63,878 nt of DNA, filler included, from Octopus bimaculoides (GCF_001194135.2; 7 parts of 7 records of this genome joined end to end with filler, not necessarily neighbours in it), one strand, 5' to 3'. Shown: positions 38,818-51,099, counted from the first letter of the whole stretch. The notes: a model not told the origin generated them from the sequence alone. Made by a program: numbers and translations.

Positions 38818-39209
38818 AAGATTGTATAGAGTTGAATTGTTGGTGATTCTAATGATCTGATGAGCTAGCTTTCTTTATTTGTCTTGATTTGAAAATATGC
38901 AATTATGTATAATGTGTGACATGCATATTAATGCAAACATGTAAACGTTATTTATTCCACAGTGGAAGTTATTACGACAGGAAGAAGGCTACGAAACAGT
39001 CGTGATCCTAGGGATGAAAAGCGGTTAATTAAATATGTTCATCTTCCATAACTCGTGATATTTTCTGGCTTATGTGCTTCTCATGAAATAATTACATCGA
39101 TCGCATCTTCTGGGTTTTACTTTCAGCTGCATGGACTCTCTGATCGCCGAGTCCGTTATTGGGTCTTTCTGTGATAGCCACCCGATTCTCTAAATCCATA
39201 TTTTATACT

Positions 39210-39247
<38 letters not shown>

Positions 39248-41141
39248 AGTATAAAATTATATGTATTTCTTCTATCTTAATGAATAAAAATTCTTCGGAT
39301 AGAATAAATGGGTTAATAGAAACCAATGTAGCAAAGAACACAAAATAACTGTGGTGTAGTTCCTGTTTTTAAGGCAGGAACTCCTTGAAATTTTGGGTAT
39401 TTGAGTATATTTAAAAATTTAAAGAATGGAGAAGACGCATGTTATAATTGCATACTTTATTCCTATATACGAACCTTCGAGGATTAAGATAAAACTTGTA
39501 CATTTATTTGTAACATGGTCTTGGACTTTAGAATGTGAACAGTATTCTCAGCAGAATTTTGTCACAAGTGAAATGTTTTCCTCACTGTGGGCTTTGTGTG
39601 CCAACACAGATCGAACCGCAGTCCAAATGATGCCAACAGGCTACCAAAAATTGTATCTCGGTATGGTTTCACCTTGAGAGTTTTCCAAGCTGGAATTAAT
39701 TTAGTATAGGTACACGAATCAGTAGAGATTTAAATAAAGACGTGTGCAAATATTTTTAACTCGCTCCTGTGCAGAAGAACGCGACGGGCACCATAGGTTG
39801 ACTGAAGCAAAGAAAGACATGGTTCGATAATCAACAAATTATACTTTGCATAATTTTTACAATACTGTACAAAACTGTTCTTGTAGTTGTTACTGAGACC
39901 CCAATTCAAGTATGATCCTGAAGACCCTTGATCAAAGGCCTTCCAGTTCCGACCATCGCATCTTTTATTCATTTATCAATTTTTTCGACATAGAGTATCC
40001 TGAAATACATTATCCAGTACATCCACCCACTTTTTTTAAGACAGTAAGGTGGGATTTAAGGAAAATTTCATTGCTATATCTAGCGAGTCGACGACTGGGT
40101 AGCGGTTTCCTCGTTTCCTCGGACCGTTTGTGATGTTGTTGATAGTGTTTAGATCTAATTTCACCCTCACAGGGCATGCTTTCGATTTAAGACATTTCAG
40201 CCTTGGTCGTCCTATCATTTTCAGGGATTATGTACGCAGGGCAATATTATTTAATGTCTCCATTTCTTATGTAAAACAGTAATCTGGTTTTTGATGGAGA
40301 TTTGGCAGCTATTTCTAGCAAATCGAGCGACCACGTAAACCCTTCTTCTTTGGGCGTGACTTTCTTGTTAGTATAACACAGCTGGATAATCGTTGAATGA
40401 GATTTAATCATGCAGCATGCCATATGACACCATTTTATCACATCATATTACAGTATACCATATGTAGCTGGCTTCACATCACTTACAGAATATATATATA
40501 TATATATATAGCATCATACTACATATGTATATAACACACCATACATCTAACCGCTTTACTGATTACTGCTTTACAGGAAGCAGAAGCTCTGGATATATCA
40601 AAACATGTTATGTGTAGCACTTAGAAGAGTTAAGTTCTATAATGAACCAAATGAGGTTCCATGTAGTCATTCGATTTACTAGAAATAAGAGTCATAATTC
40701 CCTCAACTCATACCCTAGTGCAGAGGTTGCCTACCAGTATTACCTACACTTTCTGGTTGGAATGGAGTGCGAGATGGGTGGCAAAGAGAGCAAATATATA
40801 TCTTATTAGAATAAAATTATTAAACAACTTTTTTAAATAACTTTATCGTATTAAACACTTCAAAACCTTATTATTCTACATTATGTTGATGTAACCCTTA
40901 AGAGACTACGGCCAAGAACTGTGTCCCCATTCCTTTTGTAAACGTATTTATGTAAATCTGGATTCAGCTGTCTTTTTACAATCAGCACAAAATCTAGGAA
41001 TTGTTTGTATCCGCTGGCAGACTTGCGGATTCAAGTTTTGATAAAATCATGAGTCTAGAGCAAAATAGCCACTGAATTTTAAGTCTACAATCGTGATTGA
41101 TTTTATTAATTACAGTTTTCTTTTTTATTATTGTTCAATTT

Positions 41142-41359
41142 ACAAGGCGGTAAGCTGGCAGAAACGTTAGCACGCCGGACGAAATGCTTAGTGGTATTTC
41201 GTCTGTCTTTACGTTCTGAGTTCAAATTCCGCCGAGGCCGACTTTGCCTTTCATCCTTTTGGGGTCGATAAATTAAGTACCAGTTGCGTACTGAGGTTGA
41301 TCTTATTGACTGCTCTCCTCCACCAAAGTTTCAGGCCTTGTGCCTAGAGTAGAAAAGAA
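41142..41359 (+). mobile_element. Well-preserved tRNA-derived SINE with 16-bp TSD
   Basis: TATTATTGTTCAATTT at 41126-41141 and 41360-41375; intact A and B boxes. Confidence 0.9.
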
Positions 41360-41644
41360 TATTATTGTTCAATTTTCATTTTATGTGCTAAATCAAAAAC
41401 ATACTACAACATTCAAAAAGGGAGCATGTATGCATTTGCTCGATCAACAAGAAATAGCAGCCAAATAACCCTCGGATTGCCGTCTTAAAAAGGTGATGAA
41501 TATAGATTAATCAATGAAGTCCTTGATATAGAAAAAAACTGAATTGTCACGGTTGGAACATTTTTGATCAAAGGTCTGCTCGATCTTGAATTAAATAACA
41601 ACGACAGCAGTAGTAACAGCAGCAGCAGCAATCGCAGCAGCAGC

Positions 41645-41675
<31 letters not shown>

Positions 41676-42009
41676 TCATTACACTGTATAACAGAGTTTA
41701 CATTCTTATCCTAGATACAACTAAAGCATGTTATAGTGACGTTGGAATTGACACAATGTGACCAGTACGATAACTTTCGCTTATCAAGACTTCACGTCTC
41801 TAGAGGGGGAAGGGAGGGGAGGGGAAGAAGAAGAAGAAGAAGAAGAAGAAGAAGAAGAAGAAGAAGAAGAAGAAGAAGAAGAAGAAGAAGAAGAAGCTGT
41901 TGTTGTTTTTGTTGTTGTTTTGTACAGTGTTTTTCACAGCCCCAAATTTACATAAAAATCCAATTGATATATTCCTCGTCACAACATTATGAATTGTTTC
42001 TTATCTTGT

Positions 42010-42400
42010 AAGGACTGAAGTGGCCAGACAGTAAAACATGATGTGATCTGTCTTTTGTAACAATATTGCATACGTTGAACACACAGCGGATTCACAATAT
42101 TTCCATCGATGCAGATTAGCCGCCGTTCAATCATGCTCTGACCTCAGATTATTTACATTTGTTCACTACTTTCTGGTCAGACGATGAAAAAGGGACAATG
42201 GTTCAGGGGAGACCTCAACTAAGTCATCACTGCTGCCAAAGAACATCCTCAAATCGTTGTGATGATGCAGTGGCTAAAGTACCTCAAAAACCTTGAAGGC
42301 AAAGTCAGTTAAGCTTAAATCATTCTGCAGATGGAAAGAAGGCAGACAACTAAGCTTGATCCAAACTCGATACCTTTATAAGGATGTCATTTTTACTCTC
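42010..42400 (+). mobile_element. Possible RTE-clade LINE C-terminal remnant
   Basis: GSGGRPQLSHHCCQRT resembles the RTE GRPQLRYKDxCKR motif; otherwise highly decayed. Confidence 0.3.
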
Positions 42401-42754
42401 GGATCTAAGCTTTTAAGGAACCTGGGACAGATAAACGTAATTGAATAATATTTAAAACAATCAAAGGAAGGCAAGAGCGGCAACTCAAAATCCGGTGTGT
42501 AATATGTACCTACTCAAGCGAGACTGGCCGAAACTACTCAATAAGTTTTCTATCTTTGATACAGATGACACATTTTGTGGGAAGTTCATAATTCATTTTA
42601 TCGATCACAATATCTGATTGATACATATTTCATTGACTCCATAGGAGCGAAAAGCCAAACTCCGAGTGTAAATGTATATCGCTAAATACTGAAAAAACAT
42701 TTAACTCGGCTCTATTATTATATAAGTTGTTTCAAGTTGTGGTAAAAAGGCTTG

Positions 42755-43130
42755 CAACGATGGTTGATAGTGGATTACATCAATTTCATTACATGACTGG
42801 TACTTTATTTTATCGGCGATGAAAAGCAAAGATAAAGTCAGCAGGATTTGATCTCATGACGTAAAGCACCGGAAGAAATGTTTAGCATTTGCTTGACGCG
42901 CTAACGGTCATACTAGCTCGCCGCCTCACAGCCCTATTCAGTAATCCTGTTTACTTTAAGTACAAGGCATGAAACTTTGCGAGATAGGCTAGACGATTAC
43001 ATCGACCCCAGTGGTCAACTCATATCTATTTAATTGACCCCCCCCCAAGGGATATAAGGTAATTTGAGCTCAGAACGTAAAGACGAAATGCCGCTAACGA
43101 TGAGCTAACGGTTCTACCAGTTCGCCTCCT
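42755..43130 (-). mobile_element. Two tandem degraded tRNA-derived SINEs
   Basis: Two family homologues ending GCTCGCCGCCT (about 42926) and GTTCGCCT (about 43127). Confidence 0.7.
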
Positions 43131-44153
43131 ATTCAATAACAACATTCTAGTGTGTTAGAGGTCGTATTGATACCGATCTGTTTAAAACGCTAATTAGATA
43201 GTAATGTACGACTCTCTTCTACTCTGGAAGGTGGTTGTGTTCAACATTACAACCCCACATTTACCTTCATAGCTTATCTGTTTTTTTCTCGTCAAAACGA
43301 AATATGATAAAAAAAACAAAGCAAAGTATAAAAAAAAACATTGTCGGGACAAGATACTAATCTTTTATAGACTTAAGTTCGTTGATAAGTCTTTATCTAT
43401 TTGTCAAATATTCAGGATGATAAAGACACCGGTAAATGGGAAAAAAACACGAATTTTACCACCAGGATCGTCATGCTCGCGCAGATACTTTAATTGTCGA
43501 GTATTTATTTGCCTCTCGAAAAGTGAAGAGAGAATACAGTTTGAATTTAAAACTAATTTCCTTAGTATTGTCCATGTATACTTGATGACCGTCAAACTGA
43601 CCAACCAGTAATACTATCTCTACTGGCACAACTATAGCCTCACTATTATCATAACTGTTTGCAATATTAAATAATAATATGATCAACATCTAACCACAAA
43701 GACCACAATCAGCAACTCCGACACTGCTATCAATAGCGATTAAAATACTCAGTTATTATTCATTGTGAGAAGAGGAATAATTATGTTTCGACGGAAAGTT
43801 TTTGACAGACGTTGCAATAAGTCAGATGCAAATGTAAATATAACTTTTCTTTTATCAGAAATATGTTTATTGTAACACAGGATGTAAGACATACACAACG
43901 AAACGCGGGTACACACACATACACACATGCAAATGCATGCGCGCACACATACAGAGAGAGAAAGATAGAGAGACAGACAAAGTGTTATCTGAAGTAAACT
44001 AACTAGATTTGTTGAACTCGATGATACAATTGAAAAAGCAATTTACAACAAATTTATGACTTAATGCCAAACAGTTACAAATACAATATATTGTACCATA
44101 TTTTTGATACAGCATGTATATAATCCATAAGCATTGCACGAATATGTATAGCT

Positions 44154-44211
<58 letters not shown>

Positions 44212-44477
44212 GTGTGTGTGTGTGCGTGTATGTGTGTGGTGTGTGTACGTGTGTGTGTGTGCGTGTGTGTTTAATCCAATGACAAACAGATCGCTTTCAC
44301 TTCACTTTCCAAGAATTTATTTGACAACGCAGTTTGTCCTCTTAGATTTATCTTCTGAGACTCGGCAACACCACTTCACTTTTGAGGAAACTTCCTATAT
44401 ATATATAACGATTTATTAACTTTGGCGCAACATAATTCTTTGAGAGAAATATAGTCAATACAATTCAGCATTGAACA

Positions 44478-44830
44478 TGTCCGCTATATATTTTATCGGC
44501 CTCGGAACGATGAAAGATAAAGCTGTCCTTGATGGATTTCCAACACCGAATCTACAAAGACGCGACAAAATACTGGAACTTACTTTTTCTACTGTCCTAC
44601 TGGCTCTGCCACTCACCACTTACCACACTAACTTTCCTCTGTTGCTCTACATATGATCCCAAACACTTCATAAACAGCAAGTTGGCAATATCGTTAGAGT
44701 TAGAATAGAATGTCTCGTAGTGTCCGTTCTGGTTCTCTTTCCACTGAGTTCAAATCCCAACTAGATCCAACTTCGCATTTCGTTCTGTCGGGGTTGGTAA
44801 ATAAAAAAACCATTGAAGTACTAAAAAAGA
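44478..44830. mobile_element. Divergent pair of degraded tRNA-derived SINEs
   Basis: Minus copy about 44478-44612; plus copy about 44676-44830 (GAGTTCAAATCCC, GGGGTTGGTAAATAA). Confidence 0.6.
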
Positions 44831-44985
44831 TTCTTCGTCTCCCACTCGCTTGCAAGCATACACACACACACGCACACACACACACNNNNNNNNNNNNNNN
44901 NNNNNNNNNNNNNNNNNNNNNNNNNNNNNTTAATTAATTAANNNNNNNNNNNNNNNNNNNNNNNNNNNNNNNNNNNNNNNNNNNN

Positions 44986-45380
44986 GATGAGTTCTTCCCT
45001 TCCTTAAGTTCCCTCCAATGTTCGTTTGCCCGCTCCCCTATGCTCCTTGCTGTTTCGTCTACATATGTCGTTGTCTTATTTCTGCATCGTCCCTCTGTAC
45101 ATCTTATACTATAGACCACATTTCTGGTTTTGCAGTTCGTTTGTGGGCTAAATCTACATACGATACAGTTCCTATCAATGCAGGGGGTTCTACTGAAAGG
45201 GTATGTTCTACTGATAAGGGATTTAATAGGGTTGCCTGGCCTTTCAACAACCTTAATTCTTAGTTTAAGTTTGTCTAGGGCCCTTCTAAAGCGGTACGCC
45301 AGTTCGCCTCTAGGGGTGGTGTCGACGAACATGACGCTCTGGTACTTGAGGCTATCGTACCATGAGCTTACCTTCCCTAT
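44986..45380 (-). mobile_element. Penelope-like element GIY-YIG endonuclease fragment with Cys-rich linker
   Basis: PCIDRNCIVC...NCKTRNVVYSIRC...YVDETARSIGERANEH (VVY / YxGET / R / H pattern). The Cys-rich RT-EN linker is as described for Neptune-type PLEs. Truncated by an N gap. Confidence 0.85.
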
Positions 45381-47115
45381 TATTTAAACCAATAATAATA
45401 TGAACATAGTATAATACAATACATAGATAAACAAATGGAATTAAATACTACATACGTTAACAAAATTTAATTAAACACAAAAAACACACACACACACACA
45501 CATATGAACAAATAAATAAATAAAAACAAATACAAACGAACACGTATTAACAGAGTATATAGGTGATACAGACACTCTCCATACACACATGCACTTACAA
45601 AAGACACAGACACATTGAAAGACACGCATGCGTAGACACATACAATACGAATACAAAATACAAAATGGCTGATATTTAGCAAGGTGAGACCCACATAAGA
45701 AGGAAGGAAACANNNNNNNNNNNNNNNNNNNNNNNNNNNNNNNNNNNNNNNNNNNNNNNNNNNNNNNNNNNNNNNNNNNNNNNNNNNNNNNNNNNNNNNN
45801 NNNNNNNNNNNNNNNNNNNNNNNNNNNNNNNNNNNNNNNNNNNNNNNNNNNNNNNNNNNNNNNNNNNNNNNNNNNNNNNNNNNNNNNNNNNNNNNNNNNN
45901 NNNNNNNNNNNNNNNNNNNNNNNNNNNNNNNNNNNNNNNNNNNNNNNNNNNNNNNNNNNNNNNNNNNNNNNNNNNNNNNNNNNNNNNNNNNNNNNNNNNN
46001 NNNNNNNNNNNNNNNNNNNNNNNNNNNNNNNNNNNNNNNNNNNNNNNNNNNNNNNNNNNNNNNNNNNNNNNNNNNNNNATATATATATATATATATATAT
46101 ATAGTTAAGTATTTGCATAGATATACGTTGCCTGTGAAAATGCACGTACTCATGTTTGCGCTTGTGTTTTGAAGTTCGGAATCTAAAAAATATTTTGTTA
46201 TCTTTGTCTTGTAATGATATATTTAACCTTAGTTGTATAAATATATCGCTTCTATTTAGAAGTACACTACCCTTACTCTTTACTTTGTACATTTTGCAGA
46301 CTTACATTTAAGTTTTCATGTTACACCTCTTATTATATCGTGAATGCTATCGAATTTATTTCATAAAACCACGCTGCCTTGCTTTTATTTTCTCTAGTCT
46401 ATAAACATTTTCAAGCTATGTGTGTATATGTATTCGCATAAAAGAAATTTCTGCTCTGTATCGCGGTTTTTAATGTCTAATCATAGGATACACATTCTGT
46501 CTCCGTCTCTCAGTATGTCCATCTGTCTGTCAATCTGTCTGTTCCTCACCTCTCTCTCACTCACTCTGTATTTCAATCAGATTCTATAATCCCCCTCAGA
46601 CAAATAAATTCAAAACTACTGATGAGAAATCAAAACCAGATAGGCTGCCATTCTCCCATCTGTGAACATATTAGCATATTTATTGAGCGTAAACATACGT
46701 AATTATTTAGATATTATCTATGTATTCGTATAATTATATAAGTAACTTATACACATCGTTCATTGTATATATTCATAAACAGATAATTCATATTCTAAAA
46801 TAATAATCGTTATTTATGCTTTGTTTTCCCAATGATTAGATGATAAAGTTAATACATTAGTAACAATATACCATGTAACAGCTTAAGTGATTATTAATGC
46901 TAATATATTTGTGTTACATTTTCGAATCAGTATTAGCAGATTACCTCTCGGCTCCAAAATAAATGTTTTGAAATTTGTCTCTAGAGGCTCTCAAGAGCGG
47001 AGAACTGCATTTGGCTTTGTTTACTTCAATTAGTTGTTAATATTTCATTCCCTACTCTTATGAAACATAACAATTTCGTGTAATTTCATCAATAACCCTT
47101 CCTCACGTTCAATAT

Positions 47116-47306
47116 ATGAATGCACTCGACTGCACTGATTCACACATCAGTCTACGCACGCACACACTCGCATACAGACACACAAGCACACGCATATATG
47201 AATACATACATAAGTATATATGTGCATGTCAAACATTCGATACACACACACATATATGCTTATATGAGTGCATTCACATATGCATATGTCTATATATATA
47301 TATCTA

Positions 47307-47388
<82 letters not shown>

Positions 47389-47472
47389 CACACATATACA
47401 GATATAGATATAGATACACACACACATACACACACAATCCCAAACACACACACACACACATATATATATATA
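47116..47472. repeat. CA/TA microsatellite block upstream of the receptor gene
   Basis: Directly visible; near-pure (TA)n at about 47290-47385. Confidence 0.95.
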
Positions 47473-48144
47473 TGGTAAAGTATTACTGACGCAATTAAAA
47501 TTTTCTTTACATTATTAATGCTGTTATTGATATTTGTGTAATTTCATCCGGGGATTGTCGTCATTGTTTCTCCTGCAGCAACTGTTGTTTAAATATTCAT
47601 CTTTAGTGTTTCTCGGTTATAAATGCATTGAGTTTTATAGCACATGACTGCATTCCAAGCATTGACATTTTGCATGATTTTAGCCACCGAATCACCGATC
47701 TGATCTAGCTAGATGTGTTATCACATTATTTAGAATCATATGTTTGAAAGAATTCTCTTCTTGATTTTCACACGAAAACATCGTCCTACGGCTTCACGCG
47801 GATAAAGACAGCTAGAAGACCAAAACAATAATTATAACATTCATTGAAATATCTAATGCGAAACCCAACCTGTTAACTGACAGCAATAAAACCTCAACCA
47901 ACATATTTTTGTGGAAGTTTTAAAATGTGACGTTGACAAATCGCTTGCGACTCTACATCTTGCAAATTCCTCATCATACACAGAACTCAAATATATAATG
48001 ACAAAGTGGACAGCACAAAACTTTTCGTGAAGGTATTAGAATTTTCATATTTTTCAGTAAAATTGGCATTCTGTGAAGTTTATTAATTTGTATTTTATAT
48101 GCAGATTTTGGCTTTTTCTCTATCGTATGATAAAAGTCTAATAT

Positions 48145-48250
48145 GTAAGTTAGCAATCTATCCTGGCAATATTTTCTTTTATCGACTTCTATTACTAAAA
48201 ATTAACGAGGAAGTAATAAAACACCGACCAAATGAAATTTTACTTTTTAG
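48145..48250 (+). other. Putative 106-nt 5'-UTR intron of the receptor gene
   Basis: GTAAGT donor consensus at 48145-48150; T-rich acceptor TTTTACTTTTTAG ending at 48250; CTAAA/TTAAC branch-like motifs at about 48195-48205. Splicing would remove ATG 48232 and leave ATG 48265 as the first ATG. Confidence 0.4.
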
Positions 48251-49464
48251 AAGTAATCTACACAATGATATTTGTGATATATCTTGTTTTTATTCTGATT
48301 TCGAGTATACCGATAGTAAAGTCTACCCCTACGTATGGCGATGAAAGGCTATTAAGAGAAAAATTGTTAACTAATTATAGTAAAAGTATAAGACCAGTTA
48401 TTAATTTGACCAAAGTAGTTGATGTAACTGCTTTACTGTACCTTCAAACACTTTATGATTTGGACTTTGTAAATAACTTTATAATGGCACGCTACTATTT
48501 GGGATTAATATGGATCGATGAAAAGTTGACTTGGAATCCGTTGGACTATAACAATATTACGAGTATATATCTACCCAAAGATAAGATATGGACGCCACCT
48601 ATTAAAATGTGCAATTCAATGGACAAATCAGAAGAAAACGATGGTGTAGGTGAATTAATGCTTACTTATACGGGTTGGATTAACATGTGGTCATTCAGAT
48701 TACTGCACACTTATTGTCAAATCAACGCTTACACCTATCCATTTGATGAACATACGTGCGAAATTTATCTGTGTGTCGCTTTGCATACTATTAACCATAC
48801 CAGAATAAAGGAACTCATATACGAAGATTCAAAGTTTACACAAAACTATAAGTGGGATATAAATGTCTCTGGTAAAGTGAATGGTACTGACGAATTATTC
48901 AGTTACGCATTTGCACCGATGTACTTACGACGTAAACTTACCGTAGGAATCATAGCTATGCTTATTCCAACAGTAATGATGACTATTTTAACTATTTTTG
49001 TTTTCCTTCTACCTCCTGAATCGGGGGAAAAAGTTTCTCTGGCGACTACAATATTTTTATCAAACGTCTTGTACCTTGTCCAGATCGATAAAACTACTCC
49101 AACAAATACAAAATATCCTTCACTTCTAATGTTATATTTAATGTTATTGTCAATGTTAAGTGGAATCGCTACACTTGGTTCTGTGGTTATAAGTAAGTTG
49201 TATGTAATTCAGTCACCTTCCTTGAGAAAATCGAACCCGTCAGATCAAAATATGAATAAATCTCATACTAATAAAGTTGCAGATATTTCAACAATTTCCA
49301 AGGTACAATCAGATTTGCCGATTAGAGAGAAGCCAAACGAGAAACGAATATATTGCATATCCGACTATATACGGCTCGATGACATATTTCTAAAATTAAG
49401 CATTGCTACATCTGTAATAATCTCAATGATATTTACATGTTTGTTGTTTATTCCACTTGAATAA
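48232..49464 (+). CDS. CRT1: Intronless divergent Cys-loop pentameric ligand-gated ion channel subunit; cephalopod chemotactile receptor (CRT1-like). Likely true start is Met12 at 48265
   Basis: 410-aa uninterrupted ORF. It has a signal peptide (MIFVIYLVFILISSIPIVKS|TPT), an N-terminal helix plus IRPV motif, W-x-D-x-x-L-x-W and WTPP. The Cys-loop is C162-x13-C176 (CQINAYTYPFDEHTC) with YPFD, followed by four hydrophobic helices with PPESGEK before M2. Loop-C vicinal Cys-Cys is absent. Six extracellular N-glycosylation sequons (N48, N58, N108, N188, N211, N217). The CRT1 name comes from recall of the published O. bimaculoides protein and should be confirmed by BLAST. Confidence 0.9.
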   Translation: MKFYFLEVIYTMIFVIYLVFILISSIPIVKSTPTYGDERLLREKLLTNYSKSIRPVINLTKVVDVTALLYLQTLYDLDFVNNFIMARYYLGLIWIDEKLTWNPLDYNNITSIYLPKDKIWTPPIKMCNSMDKSEENDGVGELMLTYTGWINMWSFRLLHTYCQINAYTYPFDEHTCEIYLCVALHTINHTRIKELIYEDSKFTQNYKWDINVSGKVNGTDELFSYAFAPMYLRRKLTVGIIAMLIPTVMMTILTIFVFLLPPESGEKVSLATTIFLSNVLYLVQIDKTTPTNTKYPSLLMLYLMLLSMLSGIATLGSVVISKLYVIQSPSLRKSNPSDQNMNKSHTNKVADISTISKVQSDLPIREKPNEKRIYCISDYIRLDDIFLKLSIATSVIISMIFTCLLFIPLE

Positions 49465-49670
49465 AAATATGAATGTGAAATTACACGACAGTTTACTAAA
49501 ATCGCTGTGAATTTGAATGTGCTTAGCAGAAAGGAAAAGAAATTTGCGATATGGAAGATCAAACATTATTTATTACTTGTATTTTTTGTCTTCTACTTTA
49601 GTATTGATACATGTTCATTGAAAGATATATGTGAAAAAATAAAAACACAAGTTCAACTGAATCCCTATAT

Positions 49671-49803
<133 letters not shown>

Positions 49804-50488
49804 AGCAATGTTAAATCTCTGAACGAGGTATTAACAGTAACTGCACGACAAGGTGAAGTATATTTGCCACTTAAATGTGGCTGAACCCTAAGGGTGGATG
49901 TTACTGTTGCTGTTATATATANNNNNNNNNNNNNNNNNNNNNNNNNNNNNNNNNNNNNNNNNNNNNNNNNNNNNNNNNNNNNNNNNNNNNNNNNNNNNNN
50001 NNNNNNNNNNNNNNNNNNNNNNNNNNNNNNNNNNNNNNNNNNNNNNNNNNNNNNNNNNNNNNNNNNNNNNNNNNNNNNNNNNNNNNNNNNNNNNNNNNNN
50101 NNNNNNNNNNNNNNNNNNNNNNNNNNNNNNNNNNNNNNNNNNNNNNNNNNNNNNNNTGTATATGTGTACAAATCTACGTATATGTAAGCATGTATAATTG
50201 TGTATGTATTTGTATAAAACCATATATATATATATATACATATATATATGTGTATGTGTATACACTCAGACATGTATATGTATATGTGTGTGTGTGTGTC
50301 CGTGTGTGCGTGTGTATAGATATATAAACAGGAGTAGCCCAGCTATTTCTCCGCTGATTGAAAAATATAGAACAACCTTAATCGATTTTCGAAATATATT
50401 AGCTTCTCATCAAAGGTGTCTACATGAATTTGATGAATCCCAGAGAAGCAACTTGCCAACCTGTTTATATACTCAACAATTATAGAGT

Positions 50489-50819
50489 GTCTTTTGCCGA
50501 ACTGCTAGGTTACAGGGATGTAAATACACCAACATCGGTTTCCAGGTGACGTAGGGTGAGAAATACAGACACGCAAACACACACACACACACACACACAT
50601 ACACACACACACAGAGGCACACATACGCACACACACACACATATATATGTATATACCACGGGCTTTTGTCATTTTCCGTCTATCAAATCCATTCCCAAGG
50701 CTATGGTCCGCCCGAGGCGAAAGCAGAGGACACATGGCCAAGTTGCCACGCAGTGGAACTGAACCCGAAAATCATATGGTTGGGGAGCAAGCTACTTACC
50801 ACCCAGCCACTCCTGCGCC

Positions 50820-50820
<1 letters not shown>
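50489..50820 (-). mobile_element. CORE-like SINE copy with internal microsatellite
   Basis: Reverse complement of the 3404-3700 SINE (AGCTACTTACCAC, TTCCGTCTATCAAATCC, TCTTTTGCCGAAC). Confidence 0.85.
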
Positions 50821-50867
<47 letters not shown>

Positions 50868-51028
50868 TAGATAGATAGATATATATATATAGATACTTAA
50901 GTATGTAAGCATGTTAATATCACATTACNNNNNNNNNNNNNNNNNNNNNNNNNNNNNNNNNNNNNNNNNNNNTTAATTAATTAANNNNNNNNNNNNNNNN
51001 NNNNNNNNNNNNNNNNNNNNNNNNNNNN

Positions 51029-51099
<71 letters not shown>

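Noticed and set aside
39600-40440. Coding-like complex sequence with several short ORFs (also 60695-61120 and 62100-62850)
   Set aside because: No recognisable motif in any frame; probably old TE debris. Needs a frameshift-aware homology search.
43404-43604. Minus-strand peptide ending KIRVFFPFTGVFIILNI, reminiscent of a Cys-loop M4 helix
   Set aside because: No good acceptor site, no other receptor exons nearby, and hydrophobic runs arise easily in T-rich DNA. TBLASTN with pLGIC proteins would settle it.
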